A DNA stretch of 64,000 nucleotides from Haplodiscus bocki (taxonomy: Eukaryota), in assembly GCA_965655095.1 (NCBI GenBank), contig OZ296652.1, positions 112,158,001 to 112,222,000 on the forward strand, read 5' to 3'. The position numbers and the translations under genes were made by a program. The notes under the pieces were generated by a model, which saw only the letters and a program-made list of their open reading frames with translations, searched no databases and was not told the DNA's origin. How positions within the stretch are numbered: position 1 is the first letter of the stretch; the number at the start of each line of letters is the position of its first letter. Below, one piece after another: positions 1 to 10,682 of the stretch.

Positions 1-81
1 CCTTGACCGTTCTCGGTTGCCTTTCCACCACTGAAAACTCTAATGGACAAAAATGTTTTTAGATGATTTTGTTTCAGGAAA

Positions 82-2115
82 TCATAATGTTGTCACTAAG
101 GACTCAGATAAGTCTCCCAGACTAGGCGTTTCACCGAACAAATCTTGAAGAATCGAACGAGGCTGTTTAGCGCCTCCATGTCGCAACAGCAAGTGTTTGT
201 ACTTCTCACCTGCCTCACGACAAAACGGGTCAGTTTGGAAAAGGTGCTGCCAGATTTTAGTTGCTATTGCCCTGCAGTAAAGGTAAGAATAATATTTGGC
301 ACCATAACCTATCAGATGTCCAAAACGAAGATAAAAAGCGGCATTGAGATCGATGTCAACTTCAGGGTAAAACTCACCAGCAACTCTGTGGTAAGTGTTA
401 TGTATCTCAATAAGAGCATAATCTGAGTGAATTTGGTAATCAAACGAGGCCAACATCAACTGGTGCTGCATGTCAGCAGCACATCCAAACTTGCGGTGAA
501 ACTCCAGTTCGTACAGCAAATCATTTGGCATTTGTTCATCTGTAGAATAATGTTTTGCAATTCGTTTCAAAACGCGAGAGTCTCGAGTGAAAAACTCCAA
601 CAAGTTGGAAGGTACTTCTGAAAAATCTGTAACGCAACGAGTGCCTGTCACGTGCTGATATCGAGTTCTTGCAACCATTGAGTGCATCGCATGTCCCATT
701 TCATGAAATAAATTTTCCAGCTGACTTATTGACAGCAAAACCGGCTCCTTTTTACCTTCCGGGGCCTTGAAGTTGCAAAGCAGAGCTACAATAGGCATCT
801 GATAGCTCCCATCATTCAAAAGTTTTCCACCCTGAATTGTGAAATGACAATCGGTAGCAGGTTTGGAATCTCGGGCAAAAAAGTCGCAATAGATATACCC
901 CAAAAGTTGTTTGATAGAATCATCATAAACACCTAGTTTTCTCACTGAAGGGTGCCACAGTTCGCCATCTTTCACTTGCTCTGCTTGAATTGACAATCCA
1001 AATGTCTCGGTGAACACTTGATTGAGTCCTTGTAAGCAAGTTCCTAGTGAAAAGTAATCTTTATACGCTGCATCCACTGTTGGTCTTGCTTTGTCCATGT
1101 AGTACTGTACATCCCACGAACTGATCTGCTCAACTGATGTTTTCTCACATTCATTTTTCAACAACTGCAGCTTTCTAAATTCCTGTGCCGAAAAAGGAAG
1201 AAGATTTTCATTGAGCATATGTAGAAAATTGTGCACATTGCCGTGATCTCCAATAGCACTATGCTGAGACACTTTGGCACTGTAATGCTGGTAACCACAC
1301 AGATTGGCCAGTTCCAACCGTTTCAATACGATCGAGTTGAGAATTTGATATTGCGTGGCTTCTCGGTAGAAGAAGGAGCAGTAGCCAGCCTGCCTTATCA
1401 CAGGGTCCTCGTAGTCGCCATAAGGTTGTCTGATTTCAACCATTTCACGTGAATCCGCGCAATCATGAAACATCCATCGAAATTTTTCGTTGAGGTTACT
1501 TTTTGGTAAAGAAACAGGCATCAAAGTTCCATTCATGAAGTTGTGATTGAGCTCCAAAAGTTGTTCATTCAGTTGCACACATCGTTCTCTTTTCTGTCGT
1601 TCTAAATGAATACCGCTTTGCTCGAAATCGTGCATCAAAAGCCTTCCCACGTACGTTGTTTCAGGGTCCATTTCACTTCCCCTGGAAGACAAGGATTCAG
1701 CAAGCAAGTCATAAAGTCTGACATCTGTGTTTAGTGTTTCGACCAAAGAAGAGATTCTGACGACACAGTCGTGAGCTTCTTTTGAATGTGGAGGATGGAT
1801 GAATCGGACAAAATCTGCCATGTCGGCTAGTTTGCACAGAGTGTTCGACAGTTCATCTAACTTCTCCACAACTTTGGTTCGTCCACGCAGTTTAAAGGCC
1901 TGTTGTAGTAGATTTTCACTGTCTGTTAAGGCTTTATCCGTTAATTTTTGGTACGCTTTGGCCCCTTCTGCTAGTTCTGGCATTCCAAACAGCCCGCTTG
2001 GAGCCGCATGTTGGTCATGGTTGACTTGATATTCGGCAGCAGAAAATGAGCTGCGCAAGTCAGTCGCAGCACTTCGCCAAAAACGCAAACAACCTCGCAA
2101 GTCTGAAGTCCTCAT
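82..2115 (-). CDS. MIPEP: Mitochondrial intermediate peptidase (octapeptidyl aminopeptidase, peptidase M3A)
   Basis: Uninterrupted 677-aa ORF from the ATG at 2115. Has an HEXXH zinc motif (LFHEMGHAMHS), followed by TRYQHVTGTRCVTDFSEVPS and RFGHLIGYGAKYYSY, which are typical of MIP/Oct1. LDELSNTLCKLADMADFVR near the N-terminus; Arg/Ser-rich presequence-like start. Confidence 0.92.
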   Translation of the reverse strand: MRTSDLRGCLRFWRSAATDLRSSFSAAEYQVNHDQHAAPSGLFGMPELAEGAKAYQKLTDKALTDSENLLQQAFKLRGRTKVVEKLDELSNTLCKLADMADFVRFIHPPHSKEAHDCVVRISSLVETLNTDVRLYDLLAESLSSRGSEMDPETTYVGRLLMHDFEQSGIHLERQKRERCVQLNEQLLELNHNFMNGTLMPVSLPKSNLNEKFRWMFHDCADSREMVEIRQPYGDYEDPVIRQAGYCSFFYREATQYQILNSIVLKRLELANLCGYQHYSAKVSQHSAIGDHGNVHNFLHMLNENLLPFSAQEFRKLQLLKNECEKTSVEQISSWDVQYYMDKARPTVDAAYKDYFSLGTCLQGLNQVFTETFGLSIQAEQVKDGELWHPSVRKLGVYDDSIKQLLGYIYCDFFARDSKPATDCHFTIQGGKLLNDGSYQMPIVALLCNFKAPEGKKEPVLLSISQLENLFHEMGHAMHSMVARTRYQHVTGTRCVTDFSEVPSNLLEFFTRDSRVLKRIAKHYSTDEQMPNDLLYELEFHRKFGCAADMQHQLMLASFDYQIHSDYALIEIHNTYHRVAGEFYPEVDIDLNAAFYLRFGHLIGYGAKYYSYLYCRAIATKIWQHLFQTDPFCREAGEKYKHLLLRHGGAKQPRSILQDLFGETPSLGDLSESLVTTL

Positions 2116-2189
2116 CACAAATTAGCTTTCCTCACCAACATTTTCATCTCGACTCTGCAAAAGTCAAAGAAAGATGATCGCTAAATTAT

Positions 2190-2534
2190 TATTTTCCGCC
2201 CATATTCAAATATGGGAGCAAAATCATCCACCCAAAGCGAACGTTTTTTTTTCAAATACGTACGAAATTTGCGGTTTTTTTGAAAAAAAATGTTGGGTTA
2301 TTTAGAAAAAAATGATTTTTTTCAACATCGGCAAAGATAACAAATTTGCAGATCTCGTATAAAATGATATCATTTCCTAAGGTCTTTTTTCCACCTAAAT
2401 TGAATTTTTGCAAAAAATCGAAAAATTTTCAAATTCGGAAAAATTAGAAAATTTCCTGAAGAGTATATTGATCAGAAAAAAAAGCTTTCCACCTTCTAAA
2501 AAGCATGTTTGCAAAAGTTGGAGAGCGGAAAATA
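2190..2534. mobile_element. Possible MITE-like non-autonomous element
   Basis: 10-bp inverted repeat TATTTTCCGC (2190) / GCGGAAAATA (2525) flanks an A/T-run-rich non-coding interior. Hairpin CCCATATT-CA-AATATGGG at 2199-2216. Confidence 0.3.
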
Positions 2535-3852
2535 TGCTGGCCGTCTTGTTCACTTTAATTTCAAAACTTGGCTCACAAATGTTTTTCGGTGAACTAAAAT
2601 TTGCCAGCAATCTTGATGTTTTTCCAATCTTTTCACTAAATGGGCAACTAAGTTTGCTACCGAAATAATTCAACGTTTAAAATTCTCTCCAATTATTCTC
2701 CCATTGCTTCATCGATTCGAATCCAGTATTTAGTTTTGACACAACTTTTCTGTGGTCCCATTGACGTACACGAGGTAGTCTCGTTTTCGTAACTAAAATT
2801 TAGTGTATCATCACGATAGATAAAAAGAATATCACGATAGATTAAAAAAAGATTCAACATTTTAAATTTCAATTACAATCATAATTGAAGAATTTAGATT
2901 TTGAAAACCAATCAAACGTACACAAATGCGAGAAACTTTTTTGAAGGGTCACAATCAAAACAACGGATTTAAACATAACTGAATAAAAATAACTTGATTT
3001 ACATTCCACAAAATTATGGAATACAGTACTTTACTGTTGGACAATGGAGACGTGAAATAACACGCAAAACAGCAAAGAGTTCTTTTCCTTATACTTCAAG
3101 ATCGAAGGCCTCCTAATTGAAACAATTTCCCATATTTTTGATACTTCGAGTTTTACTGAAACTTTCAAAAAACGAATTGAAAAAGAAAAGAACCCGAAAA
3201 AGCTTCTTGTGAAGCTTTGGCAACTAAAACTTACTTTTGTTACTGCCAGCAAAGATGTATTGTGGATTCCTAGATTGCTGCTAGAGATTTGACTAATTAC
3301 TAAGGCAACAGAATGATGAACAAAATTTAGGCAGTTATAATGAAAACCACCGTTGCACAGCAACTTGATAGATTAAGGAATTTGAATGATCTTATGGATG
3401 ATGTAACTTTATATATGTATAAAATGATAGAAGATATGTCTCATGGCAGCGCTCGAGAAGCAGCTGTTTTCAAAACTATGCTCAAATTACACTTTTCCGA
3501 AGACTGCATATTCATTGTTAGACGAAAATGATTGCCACAAACTTTTGGGTCTATTTCGTTATACCCCATCAATTTTGAGAACAAAAAGCACGTTTCAGTA
3601 ATGAAAATGATATCAGAAGCAAAATTGGCAGATATGTCATAAGGGGAGAAGGGACAAAACTTCCATCTGTAGAGGTTGGGCCCATTTTTTAATGCGAAAG
3701 ATCCAAAATTTACAGTGAACTTGATTCATTTCAACATAATTTTTGAGCACAGCATACGTTCATTAACCTGCTTCAAAATTAATCGCTCTGCCTGTCTGCT
3801 AACGATGAAACACCCGGTAAAATACATTTTGTAAACTTGCTTACCAGCAATT

Positions 3853-3953
3853 TACCGTATTTCATCGATTACAAGCTGCAGCTTGTACTTAAAACTTCAA
3901 TAACTCGACGCTGCTTCCAATCAGGGGCAATTTTCAATCGATGAAATCCGACA
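3853..3953. mobile_element. Short MITE remnant (Tc1/pogo-like TA-CCGTA terminus)
   Basis: Perfect 12-bp inverted repeat ATTTCATCGATT (3859-3870) / AATCGATGAAAT (3936-3947). The left end begins TACCGTATTT; the right end is degenerate. Confidence 0.4.
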
Positions 3954-4263
3954 TTTAACTCATCGAATCGAAGAGAATCATCAACAGGAATCTTATGAAG
4001 GAGTAAATTATGAAAAAGGAAGCATCACTCGCAACGAATTCGTTTCCACTGCGGAAAGTTTTGACACAACCTGTAGAATGCCAATAATATTCCAAAACCA
4101 AAATCACAAATAAATCCACCACTCAATTCTGGCAACTGAAATGGTAGCCAGAACGATGCAAGTTGCGCTGGTTTTTACTAGTTTAGAAGGAATTACTAGG
4201 CAAATGTTCCAAGGAGACGAAATGACATGTAACTCATTCAAAATGCAGATCCTCACTCTGAAG

Positions 4264-5274
4264 CTATCGTCCATGAACTCGGAGGCGGTGAATTTGGTAC
4301 AGCAAATGCGTAGAAAAATTTGAAGTGCATAAAGTGCAAGTGAAAAAGTCATCAGAATGAGAATTTGGCACCTTTAGTATCGACAATTGAGTTGAATGAG
4401 CAACTTGTTTAGAACTCTTTGCAGAACTAGTTGGTATTTTACCTGCTTTTAAATTAGAACCTTCATTCAATTCATTTTCATTTCTGCCAGTATTTTCAAC
4501 ATACAACTTTTCGGGAGAACTGCGAGAGATTTGTGCAATACAGATTTGAGATTGAACACAAAGGAAGTTTTCTGACCGTTCAGTGGTGACAACATCCACT
4601 TCAGTTTCTGAGCCAGTGGTAGTTTCGTCATAAAACTCTGAATCTGAGGAGGTTTCATCATGCAGGCCACAACTGAACCTTGACAACAAGTCCGATAGTC
4701 GGTTGTCCACAATACTAGGCGACTGGTCGGTCGTCTGTTTGGATGAGATAAAAGCACTATCTATTCTGGCAAGTTTGACAATAGCTTTCATACTGCTCAA
4801 CTGAGGGTTGTAAGTGATGCTTTCATCGTGCACAAGCTTCAACGAACTTTCTTTTGCTTCTGTCCAAACTGCGGTGAAATGTGATAGCCCATCTTTTTTG
4901 AGTTGCATCTTTGGACATGAAGAAAGGTAGTTAGCGTTTTCATCGGGCGAGTGTGATCGGTAGAAAGGTAAAGCACTGTTACCCTCTGAAGAGCTGTTGC
5001 TGCTACTCAAATTCAACAATTCTTCACATCCGGAGCTGGAAACTTTTCTGTCCTTACAGTTTTTCCTAATATGCTGACGTAATTCAGAGAAAGTAGTAAA
5101 GTTGGAACAGCATTTGCGACACTTGAAATGATCCATGTCTTTCTCTCTTTGCCATGTCTCATGGTAATCCTTCACGTGCGGAGGGCTAGGACTTTCCACA
5201 AAGAAATTGCTGTCCAATAAGGCACTTAGATTAATTGTTTCTAGCATCACAGCTTCCTTCACACGCACTCCATT
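4264..5274 (-). CDS. Zinc-finger protein (C2HC + C2H2 fingers, Ser/acidic linker); probably a terminal exon
   Basis: 334-aa open frame with FKCRKCCSNFTTFSELRQHIRKNC and FTCTLCTSNFSTHLLYQIHRLRVH. A TTTCAG acceptor-like site lies at 5275-5280, just upstream of the frame. Confidence 0.6.
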   Translation of the reverse strand, partial: NGVRVKEAVMLETINLSALLDSNFFVESPSPPHVKDYHETWQREKDMDHFKCRKCCSNFTTFSELRQHIRKNCKDRKVSSSGCEELLNLSSSNSSSEGNSALPFYRSHSPDENANYLSSCPKMQLKKDGLSHFTAVWTEAKESSLKLVHDESITYNPQLSSMKAIVKLARIDSAFISSKQTTDQSPSIVDNRLSDLLSRFSCGLHDETSSDSEFYDETTTGSETEVDVVTTERSENFLCVQSQICIAQISRSSPEKLYVENTGRNENELNEGSNLKAGKIPTSSAKSSKQVAHSTQLSILKVPNSHSDDFFTCTLCTSNFSTHLLYQIHRLRVHGR

Positions 5275-5649
5275 CTGAAATTGCCGAACTCATTCATTAA
5301 TTAAACGACTGTACCGAAAATCAAGGGTGTCTCTTAACTGCCACTTGTCATCGAAAGTCATCGAGAGTCAGGTCACATTTAATTTGTCTACAGCACCATA
5401 CACAGAAGCGGCCAAACACGGCAACCCGATGACATAGTTCAGTAAACAATGTAGCTGTCGTAGCAAGTTTACAATTGCTTAGTTTGCAATTTTGAAGTTT
5501 TACAATTAACTAATAAGATGTCCGGAAAAAGGACCTGACATATCACTATAAAACCGAATGCCTTCGACTTGGATATAATTAAAAACTGAGCGTCAAATCG
5601 AAACAATTACGAAAAATGATAGAAGTAAAAATGGCAGTTTTGAGGGAAG

Positions 5650-5833
5650 CTAGTGAATACCATTATTTCACACGAGAGTAGTGTATCATCCTGCCGTATT
5701 TGCATACAGGGTAAGGACTAGATGAACTCTGTCAACAGGTAATCCTAAAATTCAAAAAATATTTACCTCACCCAGAGTCGAACCCCAAAAATGATGCACG
5801 GAAACTGCCCTACTAACCACTGCGTCATCTGCC
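5650..5833 (-). mobile_element. tRNA-derived SINE-like element
   Basis: The minus strand reads GGCAGATGACGCAGTGGTTAG (Pol III A box) ... GGGGTTCGACTC (B box) at tRNA-like spacing, but no intact cloverleaf is evident. The 3' boundary is approximate. Confidence 0.55.
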
Positions 5834-6200
5834 TTTGAGCTCATGTTGATGAAACTTTAAAATATAGAGAAAAAGGCTCTTGAGTAAAATTCAACTCATT
5901 CTAAAATTCAAAATTTTGACAGCAATTCAAAATTTCAACCGCGCCTAGATTCGATCAGTGAAATGATGCACGGAAAACTGACCATAAAATTCGACTTGTA
6001 CGTCATAAAATTCAGTTAGTCAGCTACAAGATTAGAAGCAGAGGCACACAGACCGCCCGCAATGAAAGATTTCAGCTAAAATTTTGATTGCTAAATTCTG
6101 TCATGAGGTGCAATTTTAGTCATTGCGATTATGGAGTGAAACTGTTTCACGTTTTGACGGCATCATTTATCCCAAGACAATCCTCCTTTCAATGCTATTA

Positions 6201-6635
6201 TGACATGCCCGTCAGATATTATTAATAATAACACCCCGTCCCCTTCTCAGCGCCGTTCTTTTGTTAAAACTTAACTATGATTCAAGTACTCTCGAGTGCC
6301 CTTGTCAAATAAAGCTTGCTTTCCCAAAACACATAATCCTGTTATCACTGCTGTTTAATATACAAAACATTCTTTCCACCCTTTCTTCCTACGTACAATA
6401 ATATCTCTCTATAACACTTTAGTGTGCATTTTACACACACTCAACATTTCTGGAACACTTTTGTCTACTGTATGCAACATTTATATGCAAACGTAATAGT
6501 TTCCCTGCTGTATTACTTAAAGTTTAATATTGTTACTGAAGTCAAAACTGGCCCGACCCTTGCCCTTACAGTCATTAGACCCTCGACAATTTCATAAAGA
6601 AGTTCTAGAAGAAATTCCAATCAGATCAACCCGAA
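6201..6635 (+). repeat. 5' LTR, left half (interrupted by LINE)
   Basis: Colinear with 22962-23395; starts TGACATGCCCGTCAGA; 4 mismatches to the 3' LTR in the first 60 bp. Confidence 0.93.
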
Positions 6636-6870
6636 TATATGTATAATTTCTTTAACCCCAATTTGCGGGAGGATAATTTATTTTTATTTTATTCATTTAT
6701 AAGTATGAACAGTTTGAAAACATTTGAACTATGTGGATACCACAGTTCACACAGCGCCGCATAAAGTTGGAAGCCTAATTGTTGTGATCAATTTATTAAA
6801 TAGATCTTTTCAGGGATTTGATGCGGGGGTGGCAGTTGACACTCCAGATCGTTGATTCCTATAATTACTT

Positions 6871-6924
6871 CTCGGTATTGCCATAGTACTATCGGTATTG
6901 CCGTAGTACTGTCGGTATTGGCGT
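6871..6924 (+). repeat. 20-bp tandem repeat (~2.7 copies) in the LINE 5' UTR
   Basis: TCGGTATTGCC(A/G)TAGTACT-type units start at 6872, 6892 and 6912. Confidence 0.85.
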
Positions 6925-7063
6925 AAAAACCTGGAGAAGTTTCCAATACACTACTACAATATTCTCAACCTTCAAGACACAAAGTACAACAACAGGCCAC
7001 CTGCTTAGGTTCCAAAAACGTTTTGTATTGATATAAATCGGTTGCAAACATTATTTCTACAAT

Positions 7064-7820
7064 ATGGTCAAAAAAGGCAAAAAAAAGTTCAACAAAAACC
7101 TGTCTATGCTCTACATACTCTGCTGAAATATCAGACAATTCCAATTCCATATGTTGCGATTCGTGTAATAACTGGCATCATGGGTCTTGCGTGAACTTAT
7201 CTGCTGAAAATATTTCTTTCCTTGGGAGTAGTAATAACCTTTTTTGGAAATGCAACAGTTATTTTTCCATTAAGGTTACGCCACTTAAAACACTGGAAGC
7301 GAAAATTGACTCCGTCCTATTCAAACTAGAAGAACCCAGAACTGAAATACAACCAGCTCAACCCTCAAAACCTATAGAAGTATTACAAAACAATAAGTAT
7401 GATCATCACTATAGAGTTCGTATTTCCGGAATTAGTGAAAGCAAAAAAAATCATTTATTGATAGACAATTTGCTGATAAAGAAAAAGTGGAAGAAGTATT
7501 CAAAAAACTAAATGTCAATTGTCCAATTGTCGAAACAAACAGACGTGGTAAATTCATTGAAGATCGCCGAAGAAAACTAATAGCTACTTTCTCATCACCA
7601 TGGGATGCGCGTTTAGTAATATCTAGTGCAATTCAGAAAAAAATTATTTGAAACCGATAAAATTCTTATTACAACGGATTTATCACCATCAGATCTTGCA
7701 ATAGAAAGAAAACTATTATCAAAGCGCCATGAACTGATATCCAATGGTGTGCCAAAAGGAACTCTGAAAATACGCTACTTGAAACTTTATCAAGGCAATA
7801 AAGAAGTAAACGTCGACTGA
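7064..7820 (+). pseudogene. LINE ORF1 (PHD finger + RRM-like region), frameshifted
   Basis: Translates to ...SICCDSCNNWHHGSCVNLSAENISFLGSSNNLFWKCNS (PHD), then VRISGISE and ILITTDLSPSDLAIERKL, as in CR1-type ORF1. Confidence 0.8.
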
Positions 7821-7928
7821 CTAAATAAAGAAGCAAAATGTCTTTCAATCAGTTGTCAGAGCCTTCTCTCACTTAATCGTCGCTTATCGTTACTATCAAA
7901 AGTAGTTTTAATATCCGCCGACATTCTT

Positions 7929-10543
7929 TTGTGCACCAAAACTTGGCTCGATGAAAATTTTACACAAGTTATTTTTACTGACGACAATTATTCAATTATA
8001 AATCGTTCGGACAGATATACTGGTTCACACGGCGGTGTATTGGTTCTGTCTAGGAAATGTTTAAAAGTGCGCAAAGTATATCTAAATGCCGATTTTATGT
8101 GCTCAGTTATTTATAACAATGTACCTATTTTTACCATATACAATCCACCCTTTACCAGTGATTTTCGCATCAAAGATATTATTCTGACAGAGAATATCGA
8201 TAAAACTATTTCCAAAGCCAAATGTGACAACGTTATTATTTGTGGTGATTTTAACATGCCAAAAATCGATTGGAACAGCATGACTGAAAGCACAACTTCA
8301 GAGTATCCTTATTCCTCGAAATGTTAAATAAAAACGGCTATGAACAACTTATTACTTCACCCACCCATCAATCTGGAAATATTCTCGGCTGTGTGTTTAT
8401 AAATTATGGGTCAACGCCCTTTACCATAGATGAAAATTCATTTTCCGATCACTATTTTGTTGAGTTCGACATTCCGAGAACACACTCTTCATGTGACTCT
8501 ACATCTCAGCCTATACTATCCCTTAAACCAGATTACCCAATAATAAATCAGTGTATCGGATCTAATTTATTCCCATTTTTTATATCTGATACGACTGCCT
8601 ATTATTTCCACTGGATTGGAGAATTAACCTCCATTAATCAACCCTTCTTCAAACGTAAGCGGCAAAGAAGAACCCAATTTCCTAGATTTTACAGTTCGCA
8701 CACTATTCAAATGCTCAACAAGCTGCATACTACACACAGAAGAATCAATCGACAACCAAAGTATATTCCCACACCATCAGTTCAAATATCAACCACCAAT
8801 GTACAAGAATCTATTGCTCTTGATACCCATATATTCATTGAAAAATTTGTAGACGCGAATCTCAACGTTAATGATTGCTATAAACTGATCAATTCTTTCC
8901 AACGTAGCAATAAATTACCAGCTTGTATGACTCTAAACGAGGAAATCCTAACTGATGATCTTAATAAAACGAATGGTTTCAACAAACATTTTTGCAGTGT
9001 TTTTAAGAGAGATAGTCTACCATTTTCTGATTTCTCTGAAAATACCCTAAACAATATTGAATTCACAATTCAAGACGTCGATAAGGCTCTACGACAAACA
9101 AAACGTGGTTCTAGTACAGATGCTATTAATGGTGATTTCATCTTACACACTTCTAATGCACTGGGTATCCATTACCATAATTTATTAAAGAACTTGTTAA
9201 AACACTCATATTGGCCAAATGAATGGAAGCAAGCTATAATAACACCCCTTCATAAATCTGGTAATATCGAATCGATATTTAATTATAGACCAATTTCTTG
9301 TTTATCAAAATTATCATTAGTATTTGAGCACTTACTGTTCAATAAGTTATATGACATCTTCTCCCCCCAACTATCCGGCTCCCAATTTGGTTTTATGAGA
9401 CGCAAATCCACGGTGCTACGACTAATAATTTATTTCCAGCCTATCTACAATAACGTTGACACAAATACAGATTGTTATGCACTTTATCTCGATTTCTCAA
9501 AAGCATTTGATAGCGTATCTCACGCGACGCTACTCGAAAAAATACGCCTTTTTGGTATTGGAGGATCTTTGCTAAGGTTGCTATCGAGCTACCTAACAAA
9601 TCGCGTTCAATGCGTTAAACTCAACAATATCATATCAGCGTCATTACCAGTCACCAGTGGTGTGCCTCAGGGATCAGTTTTGGGTCCACTCCTATTTTTG
9701 GTTTTTATCAACGACCTGCCAACCCGACTATCGCACTCAAAAACATTCCTGTATGCCGATGATCTTAAGCTTATTCATAACAACCTTCTAGAAATGCAAA
9801 ATGATATATTAGCACTTTCTCAGTGGTCACAGGTAAACAAATTATCATTCAATGCCAAAAAGACACAGCTCATTTCATTCGATTTTCGGTCTCAAGACTG
9901 CATCACAGATATTCCAGATCTTATCCTGGATGACCATGAAATATTTCTTCAAAAAAGCGTGGGTGATCTCGGTCTATCTTTTTCAAGCAACTTAGCTTGG
10001 TCTAAACACATATCTGATCGTCTAAAAGCATGTTACATTAGAATTATATTCTTAAGAAGATGTCTACCGCTGCATTTACATAGCCAAATCAAGACTAAAT
10101 TGTATAAGACCTATATTTCGCCAAAATTACTTTACGGGTCACAAGTTTGGTCCCCGAATCGGAAAGACATATCTAAATTAGAACAGTTCCAGAAAAACGT
10201 CTCAAAGTGGATATGCAAGGGTGCTACATACAAGAGTAGATTAATCTCGTCCGGTTTACTTCCTATGAATCTTCTCCTGAAAATAAACGATCTGCTAGTT
10301 CTCAACCGAATCCTAAATGGCACATATGATTTTGATTTTCATAACTTTTTATCGATCACTTACCCCTGTGACAGTTTTTACTACAACACTAGATCTACCC
10401 TGAAGCCCGTTCTCAAGGTTAAATCAACTCGTAAAAAACAGGCCGACAATCACTTTTTCCAGCGAATTGTTCCCCTGTCAAACTGGTTGATGAAGGAGCA
10501 CAATGTCGACTTTTTCGTTGAGCCTAACATCTTCAAACCTTGA
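7929..10543 (+). pseudogene. LINE ORF2: APE endonuclease + reverse transcriptase, frameshift near 8320
   Basis: IICGDFNMPKIDW, SDH, NYRPIS, YLDFSKAFDSV, GVPQGSVLGPLLFLVFINDL, LYADD. Confidence 0.93.
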
Positions 10544-10649
10544 GTGAAACAGTTGTTCAAACGCTTATTTGCATCAGATGAATAAGTTTTATATATTTTA
10601 GTTTGTCATATTGTTCAATTTTTAGTCCTTACGAATAGTAATAAAGTCT

Positions 10650-10673
10650 TACATACATACATACATACATACA
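10650..10673 (+). repeat. (TACA)6 microsatellite tail of the CR1/L2-like LINE
   Basis: Read directly; follows AATAAA at 10640-10645. Confidence 0.9.
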
Positions 10674-10682
10674 CAATTCTAT

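Larger units (their letters stand above)
6794..10673 (+). mobile_element. CR1/L2-like LINE, near full length, nested in the 3' end of the minus-strand LINE
   Basis: ORF1 with a PHD finger, ORF2 with APE endonuclease and RT, AATAAA at 10640 and a (TACA)6 tail. The 5' boundary is approximate. Confidence 0.88.

Noticed and set aside
145-2029. Plus-strand ORFs overlapping the MIP gene
   Set aside because: Antisense shadows of a conserved CDS with no recognisable motifs.
3031-3531. Short ORFs between the two host genes
   Set aside because: No recognisable motif; cannot be supported as genes.
5760-5833. Functional tRNA gene
   Set aside because: A and B boxes are present, but I could not form the acceptor and anticodon stems. 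A SINE head is more plausible.
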